Positions 11,170 to 24,600 of a DNA stretch of 64,000 bases are shown in pieces; within the stretch, counting starts at the first letter, position 1, and each line of letters starts with the position of its first letter. Position numbers and translations under genes: made by a program. Source of the stretch: Mytilus edulis (taxonomy: Eukaryota); contig NC_092351.1 of NCBI RefSeq assembly GCF_963676685.1, positions 61,008,001 to 61,072,000 of the forward strand. Reading direction: 5' to 3'. Under the pieces are notes generated by a model. It was not told the DNA's origin, searched no databases, and saw only the letters and a list, made by a program, of their open reading frames with translations.

Positions 11170-14100
11170 TCATAAAAGGAGATGGACTGAGGTATTCGGT
11201 TCCATGATATTAGCATCACAAAGTTGTGTAGTGTGCTCAAACATGTGACAAAGTTTAGTCTGTGAGGAAATAGAAAACACTTTACAGTCAATAATTTCTC
11301 CACACGCATTTGCACAGTCAACTTTCGCTTTTAAACCATTTCTGTGTATAACTTCTGATTTCAACGGCTGACTTGAAATGGCACTACCGTAGAATGCTGT
11401 TCCATACTGTTGAAAAGTTGGAACACTGATGACTTCTCCTACAATGCAAATATGATTGTTTTCATTTTTATCATCACAATTTTGTCAAAAACAATAACGT
11501 GACTCAGCATGTTGAAGAGTTCTAAAAAAATGAATAGTATACTCTATAAATTGAATTTTTCTCACTTCACGTTTTTGGTTTTTGTTTGTTACAACCATTA
11601 TTTATATTTTTACTGAAATCATCAATTCGAATGAGAAAAACTAAGGGCTTAATAATGTACAAAACAACGAAAAACAAATATTTAACACAACAACAAACGA
11701 CAATCACTGAATTACAGCCTCCTGACTTTGGGACAGTCACATACATACGGAATTTGATGGAGTTCAAAAAATCAGCTGGAGTCCAAAGCCTAGCCCTAAC
11801 CTCGGAGAGTGGTGTCAAATTAAATGTTTTGTAAGTGGAGCATCAACGAACATATAACATATTTCTGTAAAATGTGCATTGTTTAATTAAGTCTAAAATC
11901 AAAACTTACTAATACGATAAATAGATAGCCTCCAATCTGCACCACACATTTGTGTCCAGTTCCCTAAACATGGTGTATTACATTCTGAATCGCTGACATT
12001 CGGATGGATTGCAAGATCTGAGTGTGGGTCATTACCACAATGGCACCATTGTCGAGACTGGAAAAAAATAATAAAAAAAAACTTTCTTTTTTTGTGGTGA
12101 AAACTATCCAACTTATAGTAATAGTATGTCGTGTATATGTAACTACAGTAGTATACATATCTTTTCGGGGCCAGCTGAAGGACGTCACCGAGTGCGGGAA
12201 TTTTTCGCCTCATTGAAGACTTATTGGTTTACTCCTGCTGTTGTTTGTTACACGTTCGGGTTTTTGTCTCTTTGACACATTCCCAATTTCCATTCTCAAT
12301 TTTAGCATACTAATGCTTCACTGGACATTTATCATAGGAAATTTATAGGTTTGATCAACTCATCCAAGATGTATTATGTTTTGAATCGTTAAATATTTGT
12401 GTATCGAGCATCACCGATAAACCTTTTATAAATTATACTTTAACTCTTCTGTGTAATGTTCTTATAATTTTTTTTTATTAATTGTTTGTCCAATGGTTTT
12501 AGCTGATTTCTGCGTTCATAAGTCAAAGACACCACATGAAGATGTTTATAATGCTCACATCTAGCAATGCATTCCACTCTTAATGGAAAAGAGAACATTT
12601 TGAGCTTTTTAGGGGTGTAGTTGTGATTGCAAATGAGGCATCAATCTAACAGAGACAAGATAACTCGGATTGAAGCAATCGTACAATCTTTACTTATGAG
12701 CAAAATCAATACTATGAATCATTTCAAACTAAGAACTAATGTTGGGCTCACTGTTAGTTTTTGATTTTGATTTTTTTGTTCATTGTATTACTTAATATTT
12801 GCTTTTAGCATGTGTCCTTAATGAACACCCAAGTCCTTCTTTTTTTTCAGTATCATTAAGATTATTCTGTGACCAACAGTTATTCAGCCAGTTAAATGTA
12901 GATGCGATACTCATAATGCATAATCACGACTTATTGAATTATGCCCTTATAACTCGCTATGCGGTATAGGCTTTGCTCATTGTTGAAGGCCGTCCGGTGA
13001 CCTATAGTTGGTAATTTCTGTGTCATGTGGTCTCTTTTATAGAGTTTGCAATCATACCAGATCTTCTTTTTATATTTTAATGATAAAATGTAGCATATGC
13101 ATATTGGACACAAATTAAAAGGTTTTAAATAAAGGAGGAAAAAGACGTTATTAGGTGTCATGGGCCTTGTTTTATCGTTCAAAATACATTATATGGTTAT
13201 TACCTGCACACCGGCATATCTAAACCCATCATCTGCGCATCCAAGTATACACAAGTCTATAGTCAAGGTTAAAATGTTTGTGCCTCCATATAAATAAGGA
13301 AACTTTCTGATTGGATCGGAATCTATGAAACAGCCTACGTACTCTGCATGTCCTGAAAAATTAAACTTTCATTACAGTTTCATCATTAGTTGTTTTACGT
13401 CATAGCCTTTAAATAAAGAAAAGAAAAGAGATAAAACACAGTATTGTTTACGGTGATATTGTCAAATGAAAATTATCGTTACAAACGAATTGCATTAAAA
13501 TACCATTTACAATGCTACATTTTGCCGATATTTATATCTAAATTGCAACCTGTTTATGAAGTTTTGTTTAAATACCTTGGATGTGTACTCATTGATTTTT
13601 AAGTATTGAAAAATATTAGTCGGAAAAGTTATTTTTCTAACATAGTACAAAATGTAGTGATATTTTTCAATACTGTATTCATCATTATTAATTTTATTCT
13701 AAGTAGTTTTAAACAAACCGAGACATTTTTTGCTGTCAAGTTATAACCACATATATAAAATAGTCCACCACCCTGCTGTCGTCAATCTTTTATCAAACAG
13801 CTGTTTATGATCTATTCAACTAAATTCGTTAGAGGTGTACTTCTAATTAAAATATAAGTCTAGAATGAAACGGTTTATTAATTGATTACAATAATGTACT
13901 TAACTAGCATTCACATATTTTGGAGGGCCCTCATGGGGTTTTTGATTATGTGATTACTTGGCCGTTTTTTTAATGATTATTTGATTATTAAGCCAAATAT
14001 TTCATGATTATTTAATTACCTAGGACTGTATTTTTAGTTTATGATTATTTGATTACTAAAGATAAGCAAATATTTAATGATTATGTGATTATATTGGCAA

Positions 14101-16459
14101 AAAAATGGTGATTATGTGATTACTAGGACCCCCCCCCCCCCCATGAGGGGCCTCATTTTGGAGACTCCTAGGTCAATTGCTATTTTTCTTTGTGCATAGA
14201 CATAGTTATGAAAGGTACCAGGCTTATAATGTTATACGCCAGACTACAAAAGACTCATCAGTAAAGCTCAGATCAAAATAGTTTAAAGCCAAACAAATAT
14301 AAAAATGAAGAGCATTAAGCACCAAAAATTCAAAAATATTGTGTCAAGTACGACTATCTATCTGCATTGGATAAGAAAATCCTTAGTATTTCATACTTTT
14401 GCAAACTGAATTTATAAAAAAAAAAATACCATATAATTGATATTCAGGTCAACACCGAAGTGTTGACTACTGGGCTGGTGATACCCTCGGGTACAAAAAC
14501 GTCAAACATCAGTTGCATCGACTCAGTGGTGTAAATAGTTATTAAAGGTACCAGGCTTATAATATAATACGCCAGACGCGCGTTTCGTCTACATAAGACT
14601 CATCAGTGACGCTCAAATAAAAAATGTTAAAAGCCCATAAAATATAAAGTTGAAGGGCATTGAGGACCCAATATTCCAAAAACGTTCTGGCAAATAAGAA
14701 AAATAAGGCACGCTCTCTATTCCTGATTTCAACAATTTGTGTTTTATTTAGATTGTTCTGTTACACACCTGAACTAGGTTGTATCATATATATTTACCCA
14801 GTCACATTTTTATGTACTTGTCTCAGGTCAGAAGCACGTTATCCTAATATTGGCTTTGGTAGACGTGTGCAATAATTAGTTTTCGTTTGTCGCTGTTTAC
14901 ATTTGCGTCCGTTATGTGAAAAATGTAATCATTTCTAATCCTTTAATGTGTTTTTCTTTATACCAGAATATTTACTGTTAATATGTACAAAGCCCTGAAC
15001 ACGCATGACAAAATTGTCAAAGTTGTTAACTAATAAACAGCAACACCAACATCTCTAATTGACGAACAAACTTATAAAATTAAAAACCACTAATGAGGGT
15101 ACATAGATAGCAACAAAAAGTGTCCCATGTCTAAACGAGTATATTTATAGATTTTAATAGTCTACAACTTCACAGTCTAAGGCTTTTATATAAGATACAG
15201 TCGCGGTCAGTGTTTATTGGAAAAAAGAGCCGGAGAGCTCGGATATATTTTTGGCAAGAAAACTGACAATCATAGTAAAGTAAGATTGAAGCCGATCGAC
15301 TTGCCACGTGCTGGTTTCGAACTTAGAAATCTGGTAATGAAAATCCCGTTAAAATAAACGCTGTCATACTCTCTACCGCTAAGGCCTCTTGATCAATAGA
15401 ATAAAAAAACATGAACCTGCATGTAGGGTCATAATAAAAACTTGATAGGTTTAGCTAGCTATAAAATCATGTTCATTAAACAATCTACATAAGAAGATGT
15501 CTGTATCAAGTCAGAAATATGACAATTGTTGTCCATTCCTGTGATGTGTTTGAGCTTTTGATTTATCACTTGATAAGGGACTTTGAATTTTCCTTGGAGT
15601 TCGGTATTTTTGTTATTTTACTTTTTACTTACATGGTTGATGTTAGGAATCATTATTTGTATTTTTCAATTCAGAGAAATAAATTTAACGATATCAATGT
15701 GTATAATTTACTTACCAAGCGCAGAGTATGAACACTGAAACATATAGACAAAGGCAATGATAAATATATTATTGACGGTGTTAGCTTAAATCGATCTTAA
15801 TTTGTATCATTCTGAATGCATTTTAATGGTCCAACCTCGTTTAGTTTCAGCTGTATTTGTTTTGTTTTGATTTATGTGGGTTTCTTTGTGTCTTTAGTAA
15901 CTCTTTACTCTATGTTTTGAAAGAATGTATATAATATGTTCATATAGCGGCTGTAAATAGAAAACAACCCATTAAGCATTACATTCAACATTAATTCAGC
16001 TTTACATTCAATGGTAATTTCTTGACAACAACAATGATTAGATGTTTTAGTGGTTCGAAAACATATCTTATAATAAAAATGAAACATTACAGAGGGGCGG
16101 TCGTAAGATGAGGGGGATATCTGCACGGAAGAACGCGAAATAACATTGCCTTTACACGATGAAAGAACAATTAAAAATGTCTTGCAACCGATTTCACGAA
16201 ACACGGTGAATACCGAACCTTAAGCTTTTTCACGGCTGCACGTGAAATAAAATTGGAAACACGTTTCACGGAAATAACCCTTTACCGCCCCTTATTACAA
16301 CCCTGAACCCATACCTAAAAGTTAAAAGTCGTTACCCTAGCCTTTCCCTTTACTCCGTATAATATGAAATACGAGAAGAGTTCGGTTTATTTTTCTTACC
16401 TGTAAATCAACCTGCTCTAATTGAAATACCAAAAACATAAGTTCTATCAGTCTATGCAT
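11170..16459 (-). CDS. Probably secreted WSC-domain + PAN/Apple-like protein, 214 aa, 5 coding exons
   Basis: Exons 16400-16459, 15716-15734, 13204-13352, 11910-12057, 11170-11438, all GT-AG and phase-consistent (645 nt). WSC: YVGCFID...CILGC..DGFRYAGVQ..WCHCGN...ECNTPCLGNWTQMCGADWRLSIY. PAN-like: DCANAC..IIDCKVFSI....LCHMF. Confidence 0.8.
12165..12304. repeat. Interspersed SINE-like repeat fragment
   Basis: ggggccagctgaaggacg...tctttgacacattcccaatttccattctcaatttt; a related inverted piece lies at 54912-54975. Confidence 0.5.
12945..13075. repeat. Interspersed SINE-like repeat (ttgaaggccgtacggtgacctatag family)
   Basis: Related copies at 30120-30300, 43385-43580, 45600-45830, 50510-50645, 54470-54595, 57230-57375 and 62830-62965. 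Confidence 0.65.
13923..14154. mobile_element. 232-bp MITE with 16-bp TIRs and GATTA-rich internal repeats
   Basis: gagggccctcatgggg ... ccccatgaggggcctc (15/16 inverted match), flanked by the direct repeat ATTTTG. Confidence 0.7.
14203..14693 (-). repeat. Diverged retrozyme-like tandem (1.4 units); intact hammerhead at 14569-14612, the other copy internally deleted
   Basis: Similarity to 6879-7482; acgccagacgcgcgtttcgtctacataagactcatcagtgacgc at 14569. Confidence 0.8.
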
Positions 16460-17009
16460 GACACGTTTATATCTGAAACAAACAACAATAAAGCTGAAAT
16501 ACTTTGTATTTATGCATATATGCTTGAATTGAATTGTACAAGGCAAAAAAAAACATCTAAATACTGATTTGTAAATACCATTGGAAGCAGTTCGAACAGT
16601 GACATGTCTTGCCATTTGTTAATAATTCTTATAGTAAGGTCCAACGAGTTCATATTGTTTGAATCGATATACAATCGTTATAGGGTGACCCATTGCATCA
16701 ATTGTTGACGATAGATAGTCGACGTGCAAGTCTTACCGTTGGGTTGAGTCACTACTGGTATATTCAAATTATATCAGGTTTGAATCATATACTTTTTCAA
16801 TGATATTTTGAGTCGCATTGTATAAATTACAGGTGATTCGTAACGTTTAATGTTCTTGTTAACATGGTTAAGACACGGTATTTTCGTATGTATGGTTTCC
16901 AAACACACTGTATTCGTGATATTTCCGTCGTTTTCTTTAATGTGTTATAGCATTCTAGTGGATATATGTCCGAATGTTTTGTGGTTTTATGTTTTTGTGT
17001 AAAGAATTC

Positions 17010-17571
17010 GAAGTAGGTTCGGTAAGGGCCCGATTATTAAGTTCAATGTTTCAGGATAAAATATATTTTAAGATGATGAAAAAACGTCTGAGGAAGTTAA
17101 ATAGAAGTAATTGTTTTCAAAGTTTTATTCTGAAGCGTTGATCTTTATATGCCAAATAGATCAAAAACAGCAATTTTTACAAATTTGACAAAATCGTACT
17201 GATTTCAACCAAATAAATGCGTAGAAAAAAATAGAGCGCAAGCGCCGACAAACTAAATAATTGATTCAGATATGTGTAATGCCATGTCAATGATTGTGCT
17301 GAAAGATTTGTTTGTCGACGACTGTGTGCTATGTTCCTATCCATGAAATCAATAAAAATCTAATTTCTTTAAATTTTCGTCGAAAATAAAAATTAGTGCA
17401 ACTTTATAAACAGTGCGATAGTACCTAAATTTTCAAAAATAATACATCTTCGATATTTTCATTGTATAAGCCATGATTCATTTTTGTATCGGTCAATTTG
17501 ATCTAATTTATTAATCCTTTCCATAAATAGGGGCCATTTTAGCATGTTTATGACCTTATCGAACCTACTCC
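17010..17571. mobile_element. MITE with ~20-bp TIRs
   Basis: gaagtaggttcggtaagg ... ccttatcgaacctactcc; the TSD is not clean. Confidence 0.55.
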
Positions 17572-19049
17572 TTTTTAGAGTTTTAGATTTTGATAGCAGA
17601 TGAGTCAATCGTTATCCTGTGTCGTAAGTGAACAACACAACGGGTGCTACTAATGGAACAGGAGATGCTTGCACTTCTATAGCACATAAGGTCCACCTTG
17701 TTTTGTGAACGGTTCGTGCATGTTGCTCAGTTTTTAGTGTTCTGTATAGTGTTTTGTGAACTTGTTGGTCTTTCGCCGCTTTTCTGTTTTGCCATTGCGT
17801 TGTATTTTCTTTCGAATCTTACTTAGTTTATTCTGCCTAAATTTTTGTTTTATCAATTTGCTGCTTTAAGCAATTTATAAACACCATGATGCTTTGTGTT
17901 TTTTTAACTATTGAACATTTGTTTGAAATGCGTTTAGTGTTGTAATTTTAGGATTTAAAATATGCTTTGTCTTGAGATTTCTTATTTCACTTCGATGTAC
18001 TTCGGTATGTCCCTGTGTTGTTTATCATATCAATTTACAAAAATGGCAACTTTTAAAAAAGCTTTGTTGAAGATTGCATTACATATATCTCAATGAGAAA
18101 AAAACTCATATGAAACTTATTAAAAAGTGTAAAATTTGTTTAATATACCTAAATCGCGGAGTTTTTCACTACTTTAAATCAAGTGTACGTGTTAAAAGAA
18201 AATCATATATATTATCAAATTCTCCATAACTGTACAGCTATGTATTATATTGTCTTCAAGTATACGTATACGCCGATATGTTCAATACTGCGTATGCAGT
18301 TACATCAACTGCGAGTTTCAGACCTCCGGTTAGAATTTCGACCACCGCACCGTCAAAGTGCGAGGCGAAAACCAATATTAAAGGGCGTACTGGTGTAAAT
18401 GTATATTTGTTCCGCTGTACAGAAGTTCTCCTGGAAACTTTGTTACAAACAATGCCATAATATCTGGTAACAAATATGCTATACCCTTTATTCCGTACGG
18501 AACAAATACGATAAAATGTCTTCCATTTAGAACTTGTATTATGAAGGAACTTCTTTTTCATGACAATGGACTATAAATAGTAGTAACTTATTTTTAAAGA
18601 ACAAATTATATGCACCAACAAGTGTTAAGATCAATGACACGATCCGGTAAACTTCAGCAGAAAACTCGAAAGTTAATTAATTAGCGATCAGCTATCTTTG
18701 AATGATATATATTATGCTGAATAAACGTTATGGATTAGTAATAATCTTTTTTCAAAAAAAATGTGCATACATAGTACAGAACTAGCTTGAGAATATCCAT
18801 GCATTGGTTCAATAATTTTAAGACCACAACATTAATATTACAAGAAACTCGTTGCTTGGATCTTTCATATATGACTTTAACGAATGAATTGTTAATTTAC
18901 ATTCAACATTTATAGTACACAAGATATAGCGCTATTTAATTCCTTTTGAATACAGTACTATGTGTCATTAAGAAGCATGATGTATTCATGATTTAAATCT
19001 TCTAGATCTGTATTTCTAATATAAAACGTATTTTCTTGAATGCATCTTA

Positions 19050-20745
19050 AAAGAGGGACGAAAGATACAAGAGGGACAGTCAAACTCATAAATCGATAAC
19101 GCCATGACTAAAAATGAAAAAGACAAACAAACAAACAATAGTACACATGACACAACATAGAACACTAAAGAATAAACAACACGTACCCCACCAAAACCTA
19201 GGGGTAATCTTAGGTGCTCCGGAAGGGTGAGCAGATGCTGCTCCACATGTGGCACCCGTCGTGTTGCTTAGGTAGCACTCCACAGTTAGAAAAGAAAATA
19301 AAAAATGAGCCACAAAATGTTTTATCATCTATTCCTGGATTTCTAATACATTAACCTAACTGTGTGTGTTGCATATGTATGTAATCAGTATCTTCCATCA
19401 ATTTGATTTTCAAAAGTTGAATGGGTGAAAAATTATTCCTTTTCAGTGTATCCATGGCAACATTCTGCATTTATTTACCATAAAATATGACAAAAAAGGG
19501 GGGGGGTAAACATGTCACATTTCCCCCCAAAATTTGGATCAAATTAGAATTTCAATGCCTTTGAGTGATACCTTTTTAGAAACTGTTTTCATAAATCTTC
19601 CTAATGATCAAATAAAAAAATGGGTGTCTTACGCATCATTTTTTAGTTAAATTTAATAACAAATTTCGTGCGACAAAAAGTTGGAAAAAAAACATTACAA
19701 TAATTGTCGGACCAATGTATGGTATGGACATACAAATACGGACTGTCATACAAAAAACAGCCTATACTACATACAATATATTATCGTGATAGTCATATAA
19801 ACCCAATACGAAGGCTATTTAATACTCAGCTATCAAAAAATGAATTTTATTGCACACTAGCTCTTATATTCGAAAAATCCACAAGTGCCAAATGCGAAAC
19901 TACACATAACTGTGGAGTGCTACCTTATGAGATAACAAATCCGGTAAATATTCTAATTCGGTAGGTCACATTCATGAAAGGGATGGGGGTTGCAGCTACG
20001 ACGCCAGGAAAATATCCGATATCACTTGTGAAACGTCCATTCCACAACGGTCAACCGATTCGTGATGACGTCCGTAAAATTTACGAAGAGATGATTTCAA
20101 CTTCACCATCTGGAACTCTTGATTTAATAGCTTCCTTGTGAGCAACAACCCTCTATCAAGAAAAGCATGATCGGAAATGCAGGTTTGGGAATATCGTATC
20201 AACCGGGAGACATATACACCGTATGCAGATGCCGCTGGAATGTTGCCACCAAGAAACGGAAAGTTAACAATTGGAAAACTAAAATCATCTCTTTTGTCTT
20301 TTGTTTTGTTTTCAATTATTGTCAATTTCTAGATGTGCGTCAAGATATGAGGCCTACTTAACAGTATCTGTTGTATCCTTTATCTCTAGTTCCATGGAAT
20401 AGATGCGTTAGACATAGTCACTAATTTTAAATTATTTAGTGAAAGAACATCATCTATATTATAGCAGAAAGTCGTGTTAAAGGATATTGCTAACCTCTTA
20501 TCTTTCTTCCTAAGAAGTTCCTGTATGAAGTCAGTCTCATAAAAATACAAAAACAAGTCGACAAGAAGAGAATGCCGATAGTCTGTTGAAAAACACGTCC
20601 TCCGAACGTATCAAATATGTTGTCAATCAAGAAATCAAGCATCTTGTTACTGTCAGTTTCAGAGAACTTTTTGTTAAATGCATTTTGGAGATACGTGTAA
20701 AATATGTTGTTTCTTTTTTTAAGTATAACGACATGCACACATTAT
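19050..20745 (-). mobile_element. 5'-truncated decayed RT retroelement (Penelope-like RT type) including its 3' tail, interrupted by a MITE
   Basis: MLDFLIDNIF..FGGRVFQQTIGI and DKRDDFSFPIVNFPFL..NIPA..AYGVY.S.LIRY..KLKSSLRKFYGRH. The tail continues across the MITE and matches 63100-63387. Confidence 0.8.
19271..19924. mobile_element. 654-bp PIF/Harbinger-type MITE
   Basis: Perfect 18-bp TIRs ggtagcactccacagtta / taactgtggagtgctacc and a TTA target duplication on both sides. Removing it restores the host repeat. Confidence 0.85.
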
Positions 20746-21337
20746 ATTGCAATACCAACGAAGTAAAACAAATTAAATCTAGCTTAAACAAAAATTGCAT
20801 TTTACATATCTTAAAAAGAATCTTTATATATATTTACCCCATGTATTCACAAAAATAGTAACAATCGTCAATCCCTCGTAAGCAATGTCAATGACTGGTA
20901 TGATAATGTCTGATTAAAGTAATAAACCTTGAACCATGTTTTCCCTGAAAAATTTACAGTACTAATTTTAGTAATATATATTTTTTTCTAATTATTGTAC
21001 ATGTTGTAAAATACTAATTAAATTTACCCCAACGATTTTTCAATTTTAATAAAAGAGAGATTCGACAAAGACTTCTATATTAATTTTCCTTCAATGGATT
21101 CAATTGTCAATTTTGATACAATTCTTTCATTGTTAGATTGTCACATCAAGAAGTACACAAATTTAAATAGTTACGATGAACTTCTTTGTATTTTTTATTC
21201 ATTAAACGTCTGAAAATAACAACATATTTTATTAAAATGTAATTTTAACAAAGAAATCGACAGATAATGGAAACATACAATAACAGATGTGATGTGTCAC
21301 AGTTTTCTTTAACTGGGACTATTATACTAAATATTAT

Positions 21338-21529
21338 TGTTTGGTTTTGAGTGTGTAAGTACGTCACGGTGTGTTCGATTAGGATTTTCAATAAAATACA
21401 AGCAAGTGTATTGTTCAATATTCATTCAAAAGAAACAAGAATCGTAAGTACAATATACATATTAACGCGACGTCACATCGTTAGTGGCGACGGCACACGT
21501 ACGAACGCATAACGTTGCAATCCTTGACA
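21338..21529 (-). repeat. 3' LTR (192 bp)
   Basis: Direct repeat of 25728-25922, about 22 substitutions plus a 3-bp indel by manual count. Confidence 0.9.
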
Positions 21530-21668
21530 TCCTGGGGGCCACCGAAATGGAAACTACTAAAGAAAAATTATAAAATTTACAATCACATAGAATACAAAAA
21601 GATTTTACTCTTACTGTCTCTGTAATTTACGATACTTAAAATGACTCCTGAAAATTACTTTAACTAAT

Positions 21669-24600
21669 TTAAAATTGTCTTTCGATTTGCCCCTTTGTCA
21701 TTGAATGTAATTGGTACGTAAAAGTCCTTTTTTGTTTACTGTTGATGGGAACGGAGTGAATAGTGCGTTTTACAAACCATGGGGCTCTATTTGGGATAAA
21801 TTTCCATTCGGTTCCGCGCTCCACCACCTTTTGTTGAATTGTTTCGGCTGCAGCTTTAAATGTATTCGCGTTATCTGACATCATTATTCTTGGAAGTGAA
21901 TGACGTGCCATAAATCTCCTAAAAACTAACATGAATGACTTCTTTAATATCCGGTACAATTTCTAGATGTACTGCTCGTGTTGCTGCACATGTAAACAGG
22001 CAAATATAAGTTCTGCAATCAATGTTATTTTGTTCTTTTGTACACAAATCACCTGTAACAAAAAAGGAATATTCATCGTTAAGTCTATCTTTCGGAAGCG
22101 GCGGTGGCTCAGGTGCGCGGTAAGGTTTTCCTGTTACTTTGGGCATTTTCTAAGGTGGTATTTCACACATTGACGAATTCTCGGAATTCAAAACTTCTGC
22201 TGAATATGTGCAATTGTGCTGTTTAGTCCAGAGTGTAGATTTTTGTGATGCTTGTCTCTAATTATCAATGACGTAAAATGGTATTTCGTTGGTAACAAAA
22301 TTTGATTCCTCGTATTATAATCTAATATTGCGTTGTTTATTCTTCCTCCGCAGCGCAATAATCCGTTGTCGTCCAAATAAAGTCTAAGTTGTCTAATTAT
22401 AGCAACTTTATGTTTCGATGATGGGTTCAAACTATCAATCTCCAGTTCAAATGTCGTCCGCTGAACATCACGAATAAGTGTATTCTCAGCTTCTCCGATT
22501 TCTTGAATGCTGAATATTCCAATCGTTCGCTCGCTTTTACCATGTTTACGGGTCTTCAGATTACGAATAAATCTTAACACGTATGCTGTTATTCTAACCA
22601 ATTTACTAAACGAGCTATATTTTTCAATTTGAACACAATTTGTCTGTGGTACATGTATCTCAGCGTACATAGATTATTCTGTAATTGTTGAAAATGTGTT
22701 ACAGTTTTCCACATTTCTTGTCCAGTTGGGCCCTTCTGCCTTGTTTGCGACCCATTTTGGTCCCTTTATCCGAAGTGCACTATTCAACAGCTGTTTTGCC
22801 GTAATTCCACGGGTAAGATAATCTGCTGGGTTTTGGTCTGTTGGGTAATATCTCCAATCACTGTTTTCGGCCAATTTTAATTTCTTTGAGACGATTAGAT
22901 ACAAATGTAGGTAATGTTTTTGTTGACGATATCCACCTCATCACTATTTGACTGTCACTCCAAAAATATGTCTTCTATGTGTCAATAAATCCTACTAAAT
23001 AGTTCGCTAATCTAGCGCCCATCAGTGCACCCATTAATTCCAAACGTGGCAAAGTTATAGTTTTTACCGGAGCGACTCTGTTTTTTTGTAAATAATAGAC
23101 CAGACGTGTTCCCTTTGACTAAATAGGCACACGCACCATATGCTTGTTGACTGGCGTCTGTAAATATATGAAGTTCAATCTCTCTTGCGCATCAGATTCA
23201 GGTGTTATTTGGCGGGAAATTTCTGTTTTTGTTGCCACTTCTATTTCCATAGCGATCGATTTCCACTCTTCTTTTAAAGTACACGGTAATAGTTTGTCCC
23301 AATTTAACTTCTCTTTCCATAATCTTTGCATAAAGAGTTTTGATGTCACAGTAGCTGGGAATATTAATCCAAGCGGATCAAAGATTCTTGACGACTGGCG
23401 CAACACTTCTCGTTTTGTTAATGGTATATCATCGTTTTCTGTCAAAGTAAGTTGATTATACAAAATGTTATCAGATTTTGTGTTCCAGCGCATTCCAAGT
23501 ATTTTAACTGTCTGGTCCTCGTCTCCTGCCTTTTCTTATATTGCTCTATTTCGTAAGTTTTCATTGATAGAATTCCATGATCTCAAGTTAAAACCGGCAT
23601 CGTGTAATAATGTGCGAGATTCTGCATAAAACTTGAGTAGAATTGTCTCGTCAGGAAAGCTCGTTAGCATTTTATCTACATATAAGTTCCTTTGCAGTTC
23701 TGAGGATGTGTTAGATGGGCTTTCTCTAAAGTGTTTCATCAATGTAGCACTGAAAATAAAGGATGAACAGGTTGCACCAAACAGTACTACTTTGAATCTG
23801 TAAGTTATTAATGGACTATTCGGATTGTTAGGGTTCTGTAACCAAAAGAATCTCGTAACATCTCTGTCATTTTTGTCTAATTCTATGTGTAGAAATGCTT
23901 TCTCTATATCAGCTGTCACTGCATATTTATCCATTCTAAAGCGTGTCAAAATTGTAGTAAGGTCGTTCATCATAGGAGGGTATTCTGCTAAACAATCGTT
24001 GAGACTAGCGTTGTAAGAATTTGCTTTACAGCTACAGTTATAAACTATTCGCATAGGCGTGGTTGTGGAATCCTTCTTTACAGCGTGATGTGGTATATAA
24101 TGAATTAGATTTTCAGTAAGAGTCTCATCGCTTACCTGTTCTATGAAACCTCTCAATTCTTGGTCAGATATAATATCTCCATACATTCGGAACATTTCTT
24201 TGTCTTTTGAAATACGACGTATTACATTTTCTGTTCTTCTTTTGACGATCTCTTTGTTTGTTGGTAACTCCGGGCAGTTTTCTTTCCATGGTAGTTTGGA
24301 CACATATTTCCGATTTTGTTTTGTAATGGACGATTCGGCAAAGGTTTCCATGACATCTATCAATTGCGTATCAACTTCCTTTTCGTCAATTCCTAAAGAC
24401 TCCAGTTTCCAAAATTTCTCTAAATCGCAAGTTTCCTGTTTATGAGATATCAAAACATTCATCATTGAAGTTGACTGGTTATTTTTCTCGACTGGAACTG
24501 GGCCTGACAATAAATATCCGAGTTTGGAGCTTACAGTAGTCGGACCATTTCCACGTATTACTTTTTCTTGCAATATATTCCAATAAAAGTCTGCTCCAAT

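Noticed and set aside
18256-18561. 101-aa ORF in slightly GC-richer DNA
   Set aside because: No recognisable motif in the frames I read and no convincing splice context.
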